Shown one piece after another: positions 8,155 to 16,408 of a stretch of DNA of 24,000 nt. The position numbers were made by a program, and so were the translations under genes. The notes beneath the pieces are model-generated. The model was not told the DNA's origin and searched no databases. It worked only from the letters and a program-made list of their open reading frames with translations. Where the stretch lies: the NCBI RefSeq assembly GCF_040681575.1, contig NZ_JBFAZB010000004.1, positions 38,671 to 62,670 of the forward strand, in the 5' to 3' direction. Each line of letters begins with the position of its first letter. Position 1 is the stretch's first letter. Source of the DNA: Kitasatospora sp. NPDC051702. Its GTDB lineage: Bacteria > Actinomycetota > Actinomycetes > Streptomycetales > Streptomycetaceae.

Positions 8155-8419
8155 CACCCGGGCCGCACCACCCGGGCCGCACCACCCGGGCCGCACGGCC
8201 CGGCACGCACGGCCCCGCGCGGCCCCGCACGGGTACGGACGGCCCCGCACGGGCCCTGCGGGGCTGCGTCCGCATGCCCGTCGACGCGCCGTCCGCGTCC
8301 CGTTCGCGTCCCGTTCGTGTCCCCGTCCCGCCCGCCGGGTACGGGGCACGGTCGCGTTCTGGCTACGATCGGTGAGCACGGGGCAAGGACGCGACCGGGA
8401 AGTTGGCGGGAGAAGACGG

Positions 8420-10060
<1,641 letters not shown>

Positions 10061-10121
10061 CCCGCACCGCGCGTTCCCCGCGGCGCACCGCGTCTCCTGC
10101 ACCGCACCGCGCACCGCTTAC

Positions 10122-10163
10122 CGCCCGTGCCCCGGACCGGACCCCCGGCCCGGGGCACGGGCG
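10122..10163. terminator. Long hairpin between convergent pgm and the MFS gene (candidate bidirectional terminator)
   Basis: CGCCCGTGCCCCGG (10122-10135) is the exact reverse complement of CCGGGGCACGGGCG (10150-10163). The 14-nt loop contains an inner CCGG/CCGG pair. Confidence 0.5.
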
Positions 10164-10198
10164 CACCCGGGCCCGTACGCCGGCCCCGGCCCCGGCCC

Positions 10199-11380
10199 CT
10201 ACGCCGCTGCCGCGCCCGCCTCCGCCGCTGCCGGCGCCCCCGCCGCCGCGTCCCGCGTGGTCGCCGCCGCGACCCCCGCCGCGACCAGCGCCAGCCCCGC
10301 CGCCGCCAACGGGAACCACCGCCCGCCCAGCACCGCGATCGCCCAACTGCCCGCCACACCCCCGGCCGCCGTCCCCAGGTACAGCGCACTGCTGTTCAAC
10401 GAGATCAGCAGCGGCGCACTGCCCGGATCGATCGACGCCAACCGGTGCGGCAGCGCCACCGACACCGCCCACCCCGCCAACGGCACCACCACCGCGTACA
10501 CCAGCGCCCCCGGCATGCTGCGCCCCAGCCACGGCAGGGCCGCGAACGTCGCCGCGGCCGCCGCCGAGCCGGCCAGCAGCACGCGGCGCACCCCGACCCG
10601 GTCCACCAGGCGCCCGCCCAGCCAGCTGCCCGCCACCGACATCACGCCCGCGGTCAGCAGCACCAGGCTCAGCCGCCCCGCGTCGCCGCCGGTGGCGCCC
10701 GCCACGGCGGTGGACAGGTAGATGTAGACGCACTGGAAGGCCAGGAAGAACACCAGGGTGGTGGCCGCGGCCCCGAGCACCCGGGGCCGGCCGAGCGGCG
10801 CCAGACGGTCGCGCAGCCCCACCGCGGCGCTCGGTGCGGGCAGCTCGCGCAGCAGCAGCGCGATCCCGGCCAGCGCGGCCGCGCCCAGGGCGGTGACCAG
10901 CCACATCGTCAGCCGCCAGTCGGTGCGCCCCACCCAGGTGCCCAGCGGCACGCCCAGCGCGGTGGCCACCGTCATCCCGCCCAGGACGGTCGCCAGCGCC
11001 CGTCCGCGCCGTTCGGGGGCGACCAGGGCGGTGGCCACGGCGTTGGCGGTGGGCGTGTACAGCGCGGCACCGGCCGCGGCCAACACCCGGGTGGCCAGGA
11101 GCAGGTCGTAGGTGGGGGCGAGCGCGCTGAGGGCGTTGGCCGCGCCGAACACGGTGAGTCCGGTCAGCAGCAGGCGCCGGCGCGGCCAGCGGGCGGTGAG
11201 TGTGGCCAGGACCGGGGCGAGCAGGGCGTAGCCGAGGGCGAAGACGGTGACCAGCTGGCCGGCGGCGGGCACCGACACGCCGAGGTCGGCGGCCACCGGG
11301 GCGAGGATGCCGGCCACCACCATCGAGTCGGTGCCGACGGCGAAGGTGCCGAGGGCGAGCAGGAGCAGGCGTACGGGCAC
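10199..11380 (-). CDS. MFS transporter
   Basis: Within ORF 10199..11605, with the start at GTG 11380 (VPVRLLLLALGTFAVGTDSMVVAGIL). The protein is hydrophobic throughout with a 12-TM-like pattern. The loop ARWPRRRLLL is typical of the TM2-3 loop in MFS proteins. Confidence 0.85.
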   Translation of the reverse strand: MPVRLLLLALGTFAVGTDSMVVAGILAPVAADLGVSVPAAGQLVTVFALGYALLAPVLATLTARWPRRRLLLTGLTVFGAANALSALAPTYDLLLATRVLAAAGAALYTPTANAVATALVAPERRGRALATVLGGMTVATALGVPLGTWVGRTDWRLTMWLVTALGAAALAGIALLLRELPAPSAAVGLRDRLAPLGRPRVLGAAATTLVFFLAFQCVYIYLSTAVAGATGGDAGRLSLVLLTAGVMSVAGSWLGGRLVDRVGVRRVLLAGSAAAAATFAALPWLGRSMPGALVYAVVVPLAGWAVSVALPHRLASIDPGSAPLLISLNSSALYLGTAAGGVAGSWAIAVLGGRWFPLAAAGLALVAAGVAAATTRDAAAGAPAAAEAGAAAA

Positions 11381-11399
11381 GGAAGGAACCCCCCGGATC

Positions 11400-11465
11400 G
11401 TTTGATCACCATGCAACAGTTTGATGCTCGTCAAACAATCAGGGACGGGTGGATGATTGTCAAAC
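11400..11465. promoter_or_regulatory. AT-rich divergent control region with four GTTTGA half-sites (candidate ArsR operator)
   Basis: GTTTGAT occurs at 11400-11406 and 11419-11425. GTCAAAC occurs at 11430-11436 and 11459-11465. The inner pair forms GTTTGA-N6-TCAAAC. The region lies between the MFS start (11380, -) and the ArsR start (11517, +). Confidence 0.5.
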
Positions 11466-11516
11466 CATCGCCACCCGCCGGCCACCGCCCGCCACCGCCC
11501 CGTGAGGACCACCGCC

Positions 11517-11843
11517 ATGCCCGACGACGAGCGGCTGCCCCAGCCCGACACCGCCGACATCGACCTCGTCACGGTCCTGCACGCCCTCGGCGACCCCGTC
11601 CGCATGACCCTGCTGCTCAGCTACGCCGACGGCGCCGAACACTCCTGCGCCCCCCGCGACCTCGGCCTCGAACACCTCCACAAGTCGACCGTCTCCCACC
11701 ACATGCGCGTCCTGCGCGAAGCCGGCGTCACCACCACCCGCGTCGCCGGGCGCAACCGCTTCGTCAGCCTGCGCCGCACCGACCTCGACACCCGCTTCCC
11801 AGGCCTCCTCGACGCCCTCCTCGCCGCCACCCCGCGCGCCTGA
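11517..11843 (+). CDS. ArsR/SmtB family transcriptional regulator
   Basis: Within ORF 11457..11843. ATG 11517 is preceded by GAGGA (11504-11508). The wHTH segment reads VLHALGDPVRMTLLL...LHKSTVSHHMRVLREAGV. Confidence 0.85.
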   Translation: MPDDERLPQPDTADIDLVTVLHALGDPVRMTLLLSYADGAEHSCAPRDLGLEHLHKSTVSHHMRVLREAGVTTTRVAGRNRFVSLRRTDLDTRFPGLLDALLAATPRA

Positions 11844-11905
11844 GCGCGCCACCCGCCTGAGCGCGCCGCCGGCCTGAGCGCGCCGCCCGCCCGAGCGCGC
11901 CGTCC
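11838..11905. repeat. Four tandem 17-bp units spanning the ArsR stop codon
   Basis: The units are GCCTGAGCGCGCCACCC, GCCTGAGCGCGCCGCCG, GCCTGAGCGCGCCGCCC and GCCCGAGCGCGCCGTCC. The TGA in unit 1 (11841-11843) is the ArsR stop. Confidence 0.9.
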
Positions 11906-11952
11906 GACGCCGCCTCGGCCCCGGCCGGCCGCCGCCCTGGCAGGATGGCGCC

Positions 11953-12306
11953 ATGGAACACGTGCTGGGCATCGGCGGCTACTTCCTGCGCGCCGCAGAC
12001 CCCTCCGCCCTCAACGCCTGGTACCGCGACTGCCTGGGTCTGGACACCGACGAACACGGCCTGTGGCACCAGGAGGCGGGCCCCACCGTGCTGGCCACCT
12101 TCGACGCGGGCACCGACTACTTCGGCTCCCGCGCCCAGCAGACCATGCTCAACTTCCGCGTCCGCGACCTCGACGCCATGCTCGCCCAACTGCGCGCCAA
12201 GGGCGCCGACGTCGCCGACGACATCCAGGACATGGACGGCATCGGCCGCTTCGCCTGGGTCACCGACCCCGAGGGCAACCGCATCGAACTCTGGCAACCC
12301 GCCTGA
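11953..12306 (+). CDS. VOC (glyoxalase/bleomycin-resistance/dioxygenase) family protein
   Basis: 117-aa ORF reading MEHVLGIGGYFLRAADPSAL..WY..LGL...NFRVRDLDAMLAQLRAKG...GRFAWVTDPEGNRIELWQP. Confidence 0.8.
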   Translation: MEHVLGIGGYFLRAADPSALNAWYRDCLGLDTDEHGLWHQEAGPTVLATFDAGTDYFGSRAQQTMLNFRVRDLDAMLAQLRAKGADVADDIQDMDGIGRFAWVTDPEGNRIELWQPA

Positions 12307-12439
12307 CCACCCCCGCAGCCGCATCGAGGCGCGCACGCCGGGCCGCGCCGGAGCGGCGATCGCCCTGCGACGCCGATCGCCATCGCGAGCGGGCTCCCGC
12401 CCCCGGGGGCCGCTTCCGTAACTGTGGCAGCCTGCGGGC

Positions 12440-12778
12440 ATGTCGGAGCTTCGAGAGCACGCAGGCCGTCACTACGCCGTCCGGTTCCACTACGCCCTGC
12501 CGGACGACGCCTGGTGCGTGGAACTGAGCGAGGCCGTGCCCGCGCCGGCCTCGTGGGCCGGGATCCCCGGCGCCGAGACCCACCTGCCCGGGGCCGCCTT
12601 CCTGGTGGCCGTCATACCCGACGAGGATCCCGACCTGGAGCCGACGGTCCACGTGCACGGCCATGACGAGCACGTCATCCCGTACGAGGTCATGCGCTGG
12701 TTCATGGACCTGGTCGCCGAGCAGGTGGCCCGCTGCCGCACCGCACTGACGCAAGGCACTCCCGACCCGGTGCAATGA
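12440..12778 (+). CDS. Hypothetical protein
   Basis: 112-aa ORF with balanced, acidic, protein-like composition (HYAVRFHYALPDDAWCVEL...VIPYEVMRWFMDLVAEQV) and GC3 bias. I recognise no family. Confidence 0.55.
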   Translation: MSELREHAGRHYAVRFHYALPDDAWCVELSEAVPAPASWAGIPGAETHLPGAAFLVAVIPDEDPDLEPTVHVHGHDEHVIPYEVMRWFMDLVAEQVARCRTALTQGTPDPVQ

Positions 12779-12781
12779 TCC

Positions 12782-12850
12782 CGGCGTGACCGGCGTGACC
12801 GGCGTGACCGGCGTGACCGGCGTGACCGGTCTGACTGGTGCGACCGGCGA
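12782..12850. repeat. 9-bp tandem repeat: CGGCGTGAC in 5 perfect copies plus 2-3 degenerate units
   Basis: The perfect copies cover 12782-12826, followed by CGGTCTGAC, TGGTGCGAC and CGGCGAC... The repeat starts 4 nt after the stop at 12778. One plus-strand frame reads (GVT)5-GLT-GAT. Confidence 0.9.
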
Positions 12851-12987
12851 CGGCGGGGTCCGGGCCCGCGCCGAGCACGTCCCTCCCCGGCCTCCTCCCG
12901 GCCGGGGAGTGCGCCCCGGCAGCCGGCCGGCCGTGCACTGATCCCCTGGAAGGCCGATGACGGACGGCTCCAGGGCGGCGGGGGAGC

Positions 12988-13012
12988 GGGAAGTCGGCGG
13001 GGCCGACTTCCC
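12988..13012 (+). repeat. Palindromic element copy 1 (GGGAAGTCGGCGGGGCCGACTTCCC)
   Basis: Perfect 11-bp stem with a GGG loop. The 5' flank is CCAGGGCGGCGGGGGAGC and the 3' flank is GTGCCGC. It lies between convergent genes (stops at 12778 + and 13113 -). Confidence 0.9.
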
Positions 13013-13112
13013 GTGCCGCAGGTGTCGGCGGGCGGCTGGGCATCGAGCGAGTGGTGGTCCTGCCGGACCGGCAGCGGCCCCGGCCCCGGGGGAGTCGCCG
13101 GGTGAGGGGGCG

Positions 13113-13322
13113 TCAGGCCTGCTTCTCGGCCAGGGTGTGGGCGACCAGGGCGTTGGCGTGGCCGTGGCCGAGGCCGTGCTCGGACTTGAGCCAGGCGACG
13201 AGCTCCATGTGCTTGGTGAGCGGGGAGGTGCGGACGAGGTCCTGCCAGTAGGCGATCGGCCGGCCGTACTTCTTCTCGATCGAGGGGAAGTAGCTGGCGG
13301 GGCCCTTCACGGTGTTGGTCAT
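13113..13322 (-). CDS. DUF4287 domain-containing protein
   Basis: Within ORF 13113..13379, with the start at ATG 13322. The sequence is MTNTVKGPASYFPSIEKKYGRPIAYWQDLVRTSPLTKHMELVAWLKSEHGLGHGHANALVAHTLA. Confidence 0.75.
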   Translation of the reverse strand: MTNTVKGPASYFPSIEKKYGRPIAYWQDLVRTSPLTKHMELVAWLKSEHGLGHGHANALVAHTLAEKQA

Positions 13323-13510
13323 GATCAGATGGTCCCATCGGTGTCGAGCGAGAAGATCTCCGCGGTGGCGGCGTTCCACAGATAGGACCGGGACACCGAC
13401 CGGAACTCATCGCCCCCGCGGTGTGGCCTGAGTCACACCCGACCGGAGTCCGTACGGCCGGCCCCGGCGGCCTTGACCTCAAGGGCGCTTGAGCTCCTAC
13501 GGTCGGGTAC

Positions 13511-13921
13511 GTGATCTTCACCGAGACAGAACGCGCCTACCTCACCGCCCAGCCACTGGCCCGCCTGGCCACCACCGGCCCCGACGGCGGCCCCCAGGTC
13601 CGCCCGGTGGGCTTCCGCCTCAACGCCGACGGAACCATCGACATCGGCGGGCCCGCGATGGCCCGCAGCCGCAAGTACCGCAACGCCCAGGCCCGCCCCG
13701 AAGTCTCCGTCCTGGTGGACGACCTCGCCCCCGCCGACGACCCGGTCGCGCCCGGCTGGGGCCGCGGCGTCGAGATCCGGGGCCACGCCGAGACCCTCAC
13801 CGTCGACGTGCCCCCCGTGGCACCCGACCACTTCAGCCACGACATCCTGCGCATCCACCCTCGACGGGTCATCACCTGGAACCTTCAGGCCCGCGGCAGC
13901 ACCACCCGCACCGTCGACTGA
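13511..13921 (+). CDS. PPOX-class (pyridoxamine 5'-phosphate oxidase fold) probable F420-dependent oxidoreductase
   Basis: 136-aa ORF starting at GTG. It reads IFTETERAYLTAQPLARLATTGPDGGPQVRPVGF...IDIGG..M..S.KYRN...P.VSVLVDD...EIRGHAE. Confidence 0.8.
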   Translation: MIFTETERAYLTAQPLARLATTGPDGGPQVRPVGFRLNADGTIDIGGPAMARSRKYRNAQARPEVSVLVDDLAPADDPVAPGWGRGVEIRGHAETLTVDVPPVAPDHFSHDILRIHPRRVITWNLQARGSTTRTVD

Positions 13922-14011
13922 CCCGCGCGAGGACCGCGCGAGGACCGCCCCTTCAAGGCCTCGTCCCCGCACCGGCGCCGTCCGTCCGCACCGCTGCGTA
14001 GGGTGCGGGGC

Positions 14012-14625
14012 ATGACCGGGGCCTTCGACATCCACACCCGCCTGCCCGCAGCGCTGACCGACCGCGCCCAGACCGGGCGGTTCATCGCCGACTTCGCGGC
14101 CTCCTGGCACCAGCCCCTGCGGCCAGGGGACGGCTGGAGCGCCGAGCAGCTCGCGGCCTGCGAGCACCGCCTGGGCCTGGCCCTGCCGGCCGCCCTGCGC
14201 GAGACGTACCTGCTCCTGGGCCGGCGCAGCGACCTCACCGCCAACCACGACACACTGCTGCGCCCCGACGAGCTGCACGTCCTCGCCCCGGCACCGTGAT
14301 CCGCGCGGACCTCGCCGACACGACGCGCGAGCGGTGGGAGCCCTGGGAGCCGAGCCTGACCGTGGCCTGCATCGCCATGGTGATGACCGAGACGGTGCTG
14401 TTCGACGGCGGCTTCACCGACTTCCTGGAGGCCGATGCCGAGGAGACCGGCCTGACGCAGCGGTTGCGGGAACTCCCGGCCGTGGGACGCGGCGCGCGCT
14501 GGTTCGCCGACGACGACGTCCTGATCCGCGCACTCGACGGCCACGGCCTCAACGCCCGAGCCCGAACGCAGGCGGCTCTGGAACGGCTGCGCACCGCGGT
14601 GCCCGGAGACCGGCTCGACGGGTGA
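14012..14625 (+). pseudogene. SMI1/KNR4 (SUKH-1) family gene split into two overlapping ORFs by an internal out-of-frame lesion
   Basis: ORF 14003..14299 has the N-terminal half (GDGWSAEQLAACEHRLGLALPAALRETYLLLGRRSDLTANHDTLLRPDELHV). ORF 14296..14625 has the C-terminal half (RADLAD...ERWEPWEPSLTVACIAMVMTETVL...LRTAVPGDRLDG). The conserved middle segment expected between them seems to be missing, and the frames differ. The family assignment is from recall. Confidence 0.5.
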
Positions 14626-14652
14626 TCACGCTGCCCAGGGCCCCTCGGGAGT

Positions 14653-14677
14653 GGGAAGTCGACGGGGCCGACTTCCC
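14653..14677 (+). repeat. Palindromic element copy 2 (GGGAAGTCGACGGGGCCGACTTCCC)
   Basis: It has one stem mismatch (A at 14662). The 5' flank is CCAGGGCCCCTCGGGAGT and the 3' flank is GTGTCGC. It lies 28 nt after the stop at 14625. Confidence 0.9.
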
Positions 14678-14770
14678 GTGTCGCGTCGGCCGCGCCCCGG
14701 CCCGGCCGCCCGTCACCCGTTCGAGTCGTAGCGGCTGCGCCGCGCATCCGGGCTTTGTAGCGTCGGGCCC

Positions 14771-15454
14771 GTGAAGATCATTGCGAGCGCACGCGTGGCC
14801 GGCACCGCCGCCCTCGTCGGCGCGGTCCTGACGGCCGGCACCGGGACCGCGGTGGCCACCGGCGCCGTCGCGGCCACCTCGGTGCCCTTCTACGCCCAAC
14901 AGCTCAACAACGACTGCGAGGCGACGGCCCTGCGCATGGTCCTGGCCGCACGCGGCGTGAAGACCGACGACCAGGACGTCCTGGACAAGATCGGCGTCGA
15001 CTTCGAGCACCCCGAGTTCGGGCACTCCGGCCCGCGCTCCGGCGACCCGAACGTGGCCTTCGTCGGCGACCCGGACGGCTCCGAGGTCGACGGGACCGGC
15101 TTCGGCGTGTACGCCCCGCCGGTGGCGAACGCCGCCCGCGCCTACGGGCTCACCGTGGACCAGTCCGGTTCGGGCATCGCGGTCCAGACGCTCAAGGACG
15201 CCCTGGCGGCCGGGCACCCCGCCATCGTCTGGGTCGACTACCTGTGGCGCCACCTCAGGTCGACCACCTACACCGCCTACGACGACGTCAAGGTCCTGTA
15301 CGCCGGACCGGCCGAACACGCCGTCGTCGTCACCGGGTTCGGCAACGGGACGGTGTCGATCAACGACCCCGCCCGCGGCCGCACGACCGTCTCCGAGCGG
15401 GACTTCGAGAACGGCTACGCCACCTACGGCCGGATGGCCGTCGTCGTCGACTGA
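14771..15454 (+). CDS. Secreted C39-like (Peptidase_C39_2 / YvpB-BtrH-like) papain-fold cysteine peptidase
   Basis: 227-aa ORF starting at GTG. It has an N-terminal signal peptide (MKIIASARVAGTAALVGAVLTAGTGTAVA). YAQQLNNDCEATALRMVLA supplies the Gln and the nucleophile Cys. EHAVVVTGF...SINDP supplies the His and Asn/Asp. Confidence 0.75.
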   Translation: MKIIASARVAGTAALVGAVLTAGTGTAVATGAVAATSVPFYAQQLNNDCEATALRMVLAARGVKTDDQDVLDKIGVDFEHPEFGHSGPRSGDPNVAFVGDPDGSEVDGTGFGVYAPPVANAARAYGLTVDQSGSGIAVQTLKDALAAGHPAIVWVDYLWRHLRSTTYTAYDDVKVLYAGPAEHAVVVTGFGNGTVSINDPARGRTTVSERDFENGYATYGRMAVVVD

Positions 15455-15493
15455 CGAACGGCCCGGACTCCGGCCCGGAAACCCGGTTGACCT

Positions 15494-16043
15494 GTGGTGA
15501 ATGACGAGGGCGTGATCTCCGAGGAACGCGCCGTCGAGCTCGTCGAGTCGCTGTTGGCCGACGAGCGGCCGACATGGGCGGGGCCGCTCTCCGAGCCGGT
15601 CGTCTGCGAGATGGAGGAGCACGCGGTCGGCTGGCTCGTCCTCTGGAACTCGGCCCAGTACGCGCGCACCCGCGATCCGCGCGACAGCCTGGCCGGCAGC
15701 GGGCCGCTACCTGGTGGACCGGTACGACGGCAGCATCCACCACGTCCCGGCCACCGCGACGGGTGGGGACTGGGAGGAGCTCTACCTCCGGCAGCTCCGA
15801 GGGGCAACGCCGTCCGACCCGCTGGTCATCGCTCTCCAGGAGCTCCTGCGTTCCTCCGGACCGACAGCGGCCATGCGCCACCTCCGCCGCCAGGCACCGC
15901 TACTCGGACTGCAGGACGTCCGGGCGTTCGTGTCGGCGGTGTCGCGCGGGGTGCCGCCTTCGGACGCGCTGGTGCGCCTCACGTGGCAGCGTGAGGCCGG
16001 TTCGCTCCCGGACATCGAGACCCTCACCGGCCCGGCCGGTTGA
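15494..16043 (+). pseudogene. YrhB-like (immunity-protein-type) gene interrupted by a +1 frameshift
   Basis: ORF 15494..15994 is protein-like only up to ...HAVGWLVLWNSAQYARTRDPRDSLAGSGP. ORF 15714..16043 continues with (Y)LVDRYDGSIHHVPATATGGDWEELYL...AMRHLRRQAPLLGLQDVRAFVSAV. Removing one base in GGGCCGC (15701-15707) joins them as ...LAGSGRYLVDRYDG. The start is either 15494 or GTG 15512. Confidence 0.6.
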
Positions 16044-16154
16044 CGACCGCGGCGGGATGACAGCGCTTGCCGTGCGTCGATCGCGTGTGTCCCCGGTCGA
16101 GGCCGTGGCCGCACGGGCGGCATGACGACCGCCCGAAAGGTCCGTGCCGCGTAA

Positions 16155-16178
16155 CCGGCCCGGACGGATCCGGGCCGG
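16155..16178. terminator. Hairpin downstream of the YrhB-like gene
   Basis: CCGGCCCGGA (16155-16164) pairs exactly with TCCGGGCCGG (16169-16178) around the loop CGGA. Confidence 0.3.
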
Positions 16179-16329
16179 CCTCCCGCGCCGGCGCCGTGAG
16201 CAGAACACCAGGACCGCCATCGACGGGCTGTCCCCGCGAGTTCCGAAAGGTCGTCGCCTACCTCGACGGCCGGCTCCATCGCCGCTCACTACCGCCACCG
16301 GCAACACCATGAAGCACAAGGCGGGGAGC

Positions 16330-16354
16330 GGGAAGTCGGCGGGGCCGACTTCCC
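16330..16354 (+). repeat. Palindromic element copy 3 (GGGAAGTCGGCGGGGCCGACTTCCC)
   Basis: The 25 nt are identical to copy 1. The 5' flank is GGCGGGGAGC. It lies between convergent genes (stops at 16043 + and 16409 -). Confidence 0.9.
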
Positions 16355-16408
16355 CTGCGGGCAGGGGGACGCAAACAGCGGGGCCGAACGCCGCTGCTGT
16401 GCGAGCTC

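Noticed and set aside
8396-8410. CGGGAAGTTGGCGGG upstream of pgm, a 14/15 match to the left arm of the 25-nt palindrome
   Set aside because: There is no matching right arm and no conserved flanks, and it overlaps the pgm ribosome-binding region. It is probably chance similarity in G-rich sequence. Similar partial matches at 20866-20890 and 17427-17448 lie inside coding sequence.
11838-12850. Tandem repeat arrays (17-bp x4 at 11838, 9-bp x7-8 at 12782) as CRISPR arrays
   Set aside because: The units are directly abutting with no unique spacers and are far shorter than CRISPR repeats. No cas genes are present.
12786-12940. Short (GVT)n ORF as a collagen-like gene
   Set aside because: The frame is open for only about 50 codons, its only start lies inside the repeat itself, and the distal part is P/R-rich. 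There is no support for a real gene.
13323-13510. Promoter TTGACC (13473-13478) and palindrome CTCAAGGGCGCTTGAG upstream of the PPOX gene
   Set aside because: The spacing to any -10-like hexamer is poor (about 19 nt to TACGGT) and only one 6-bp inverted repeat is present. This is too weak to report as a feature.
12490-13521. 343-aa minus-strand ORF spanning the 9-bp repeat and palindrome copy 1
   Set aside because: It translates the tandem repeat as SRRSRRSRR and is otherwise P/R-rich. It also overlaps the well-supported DUF4287 gene in a different frame.
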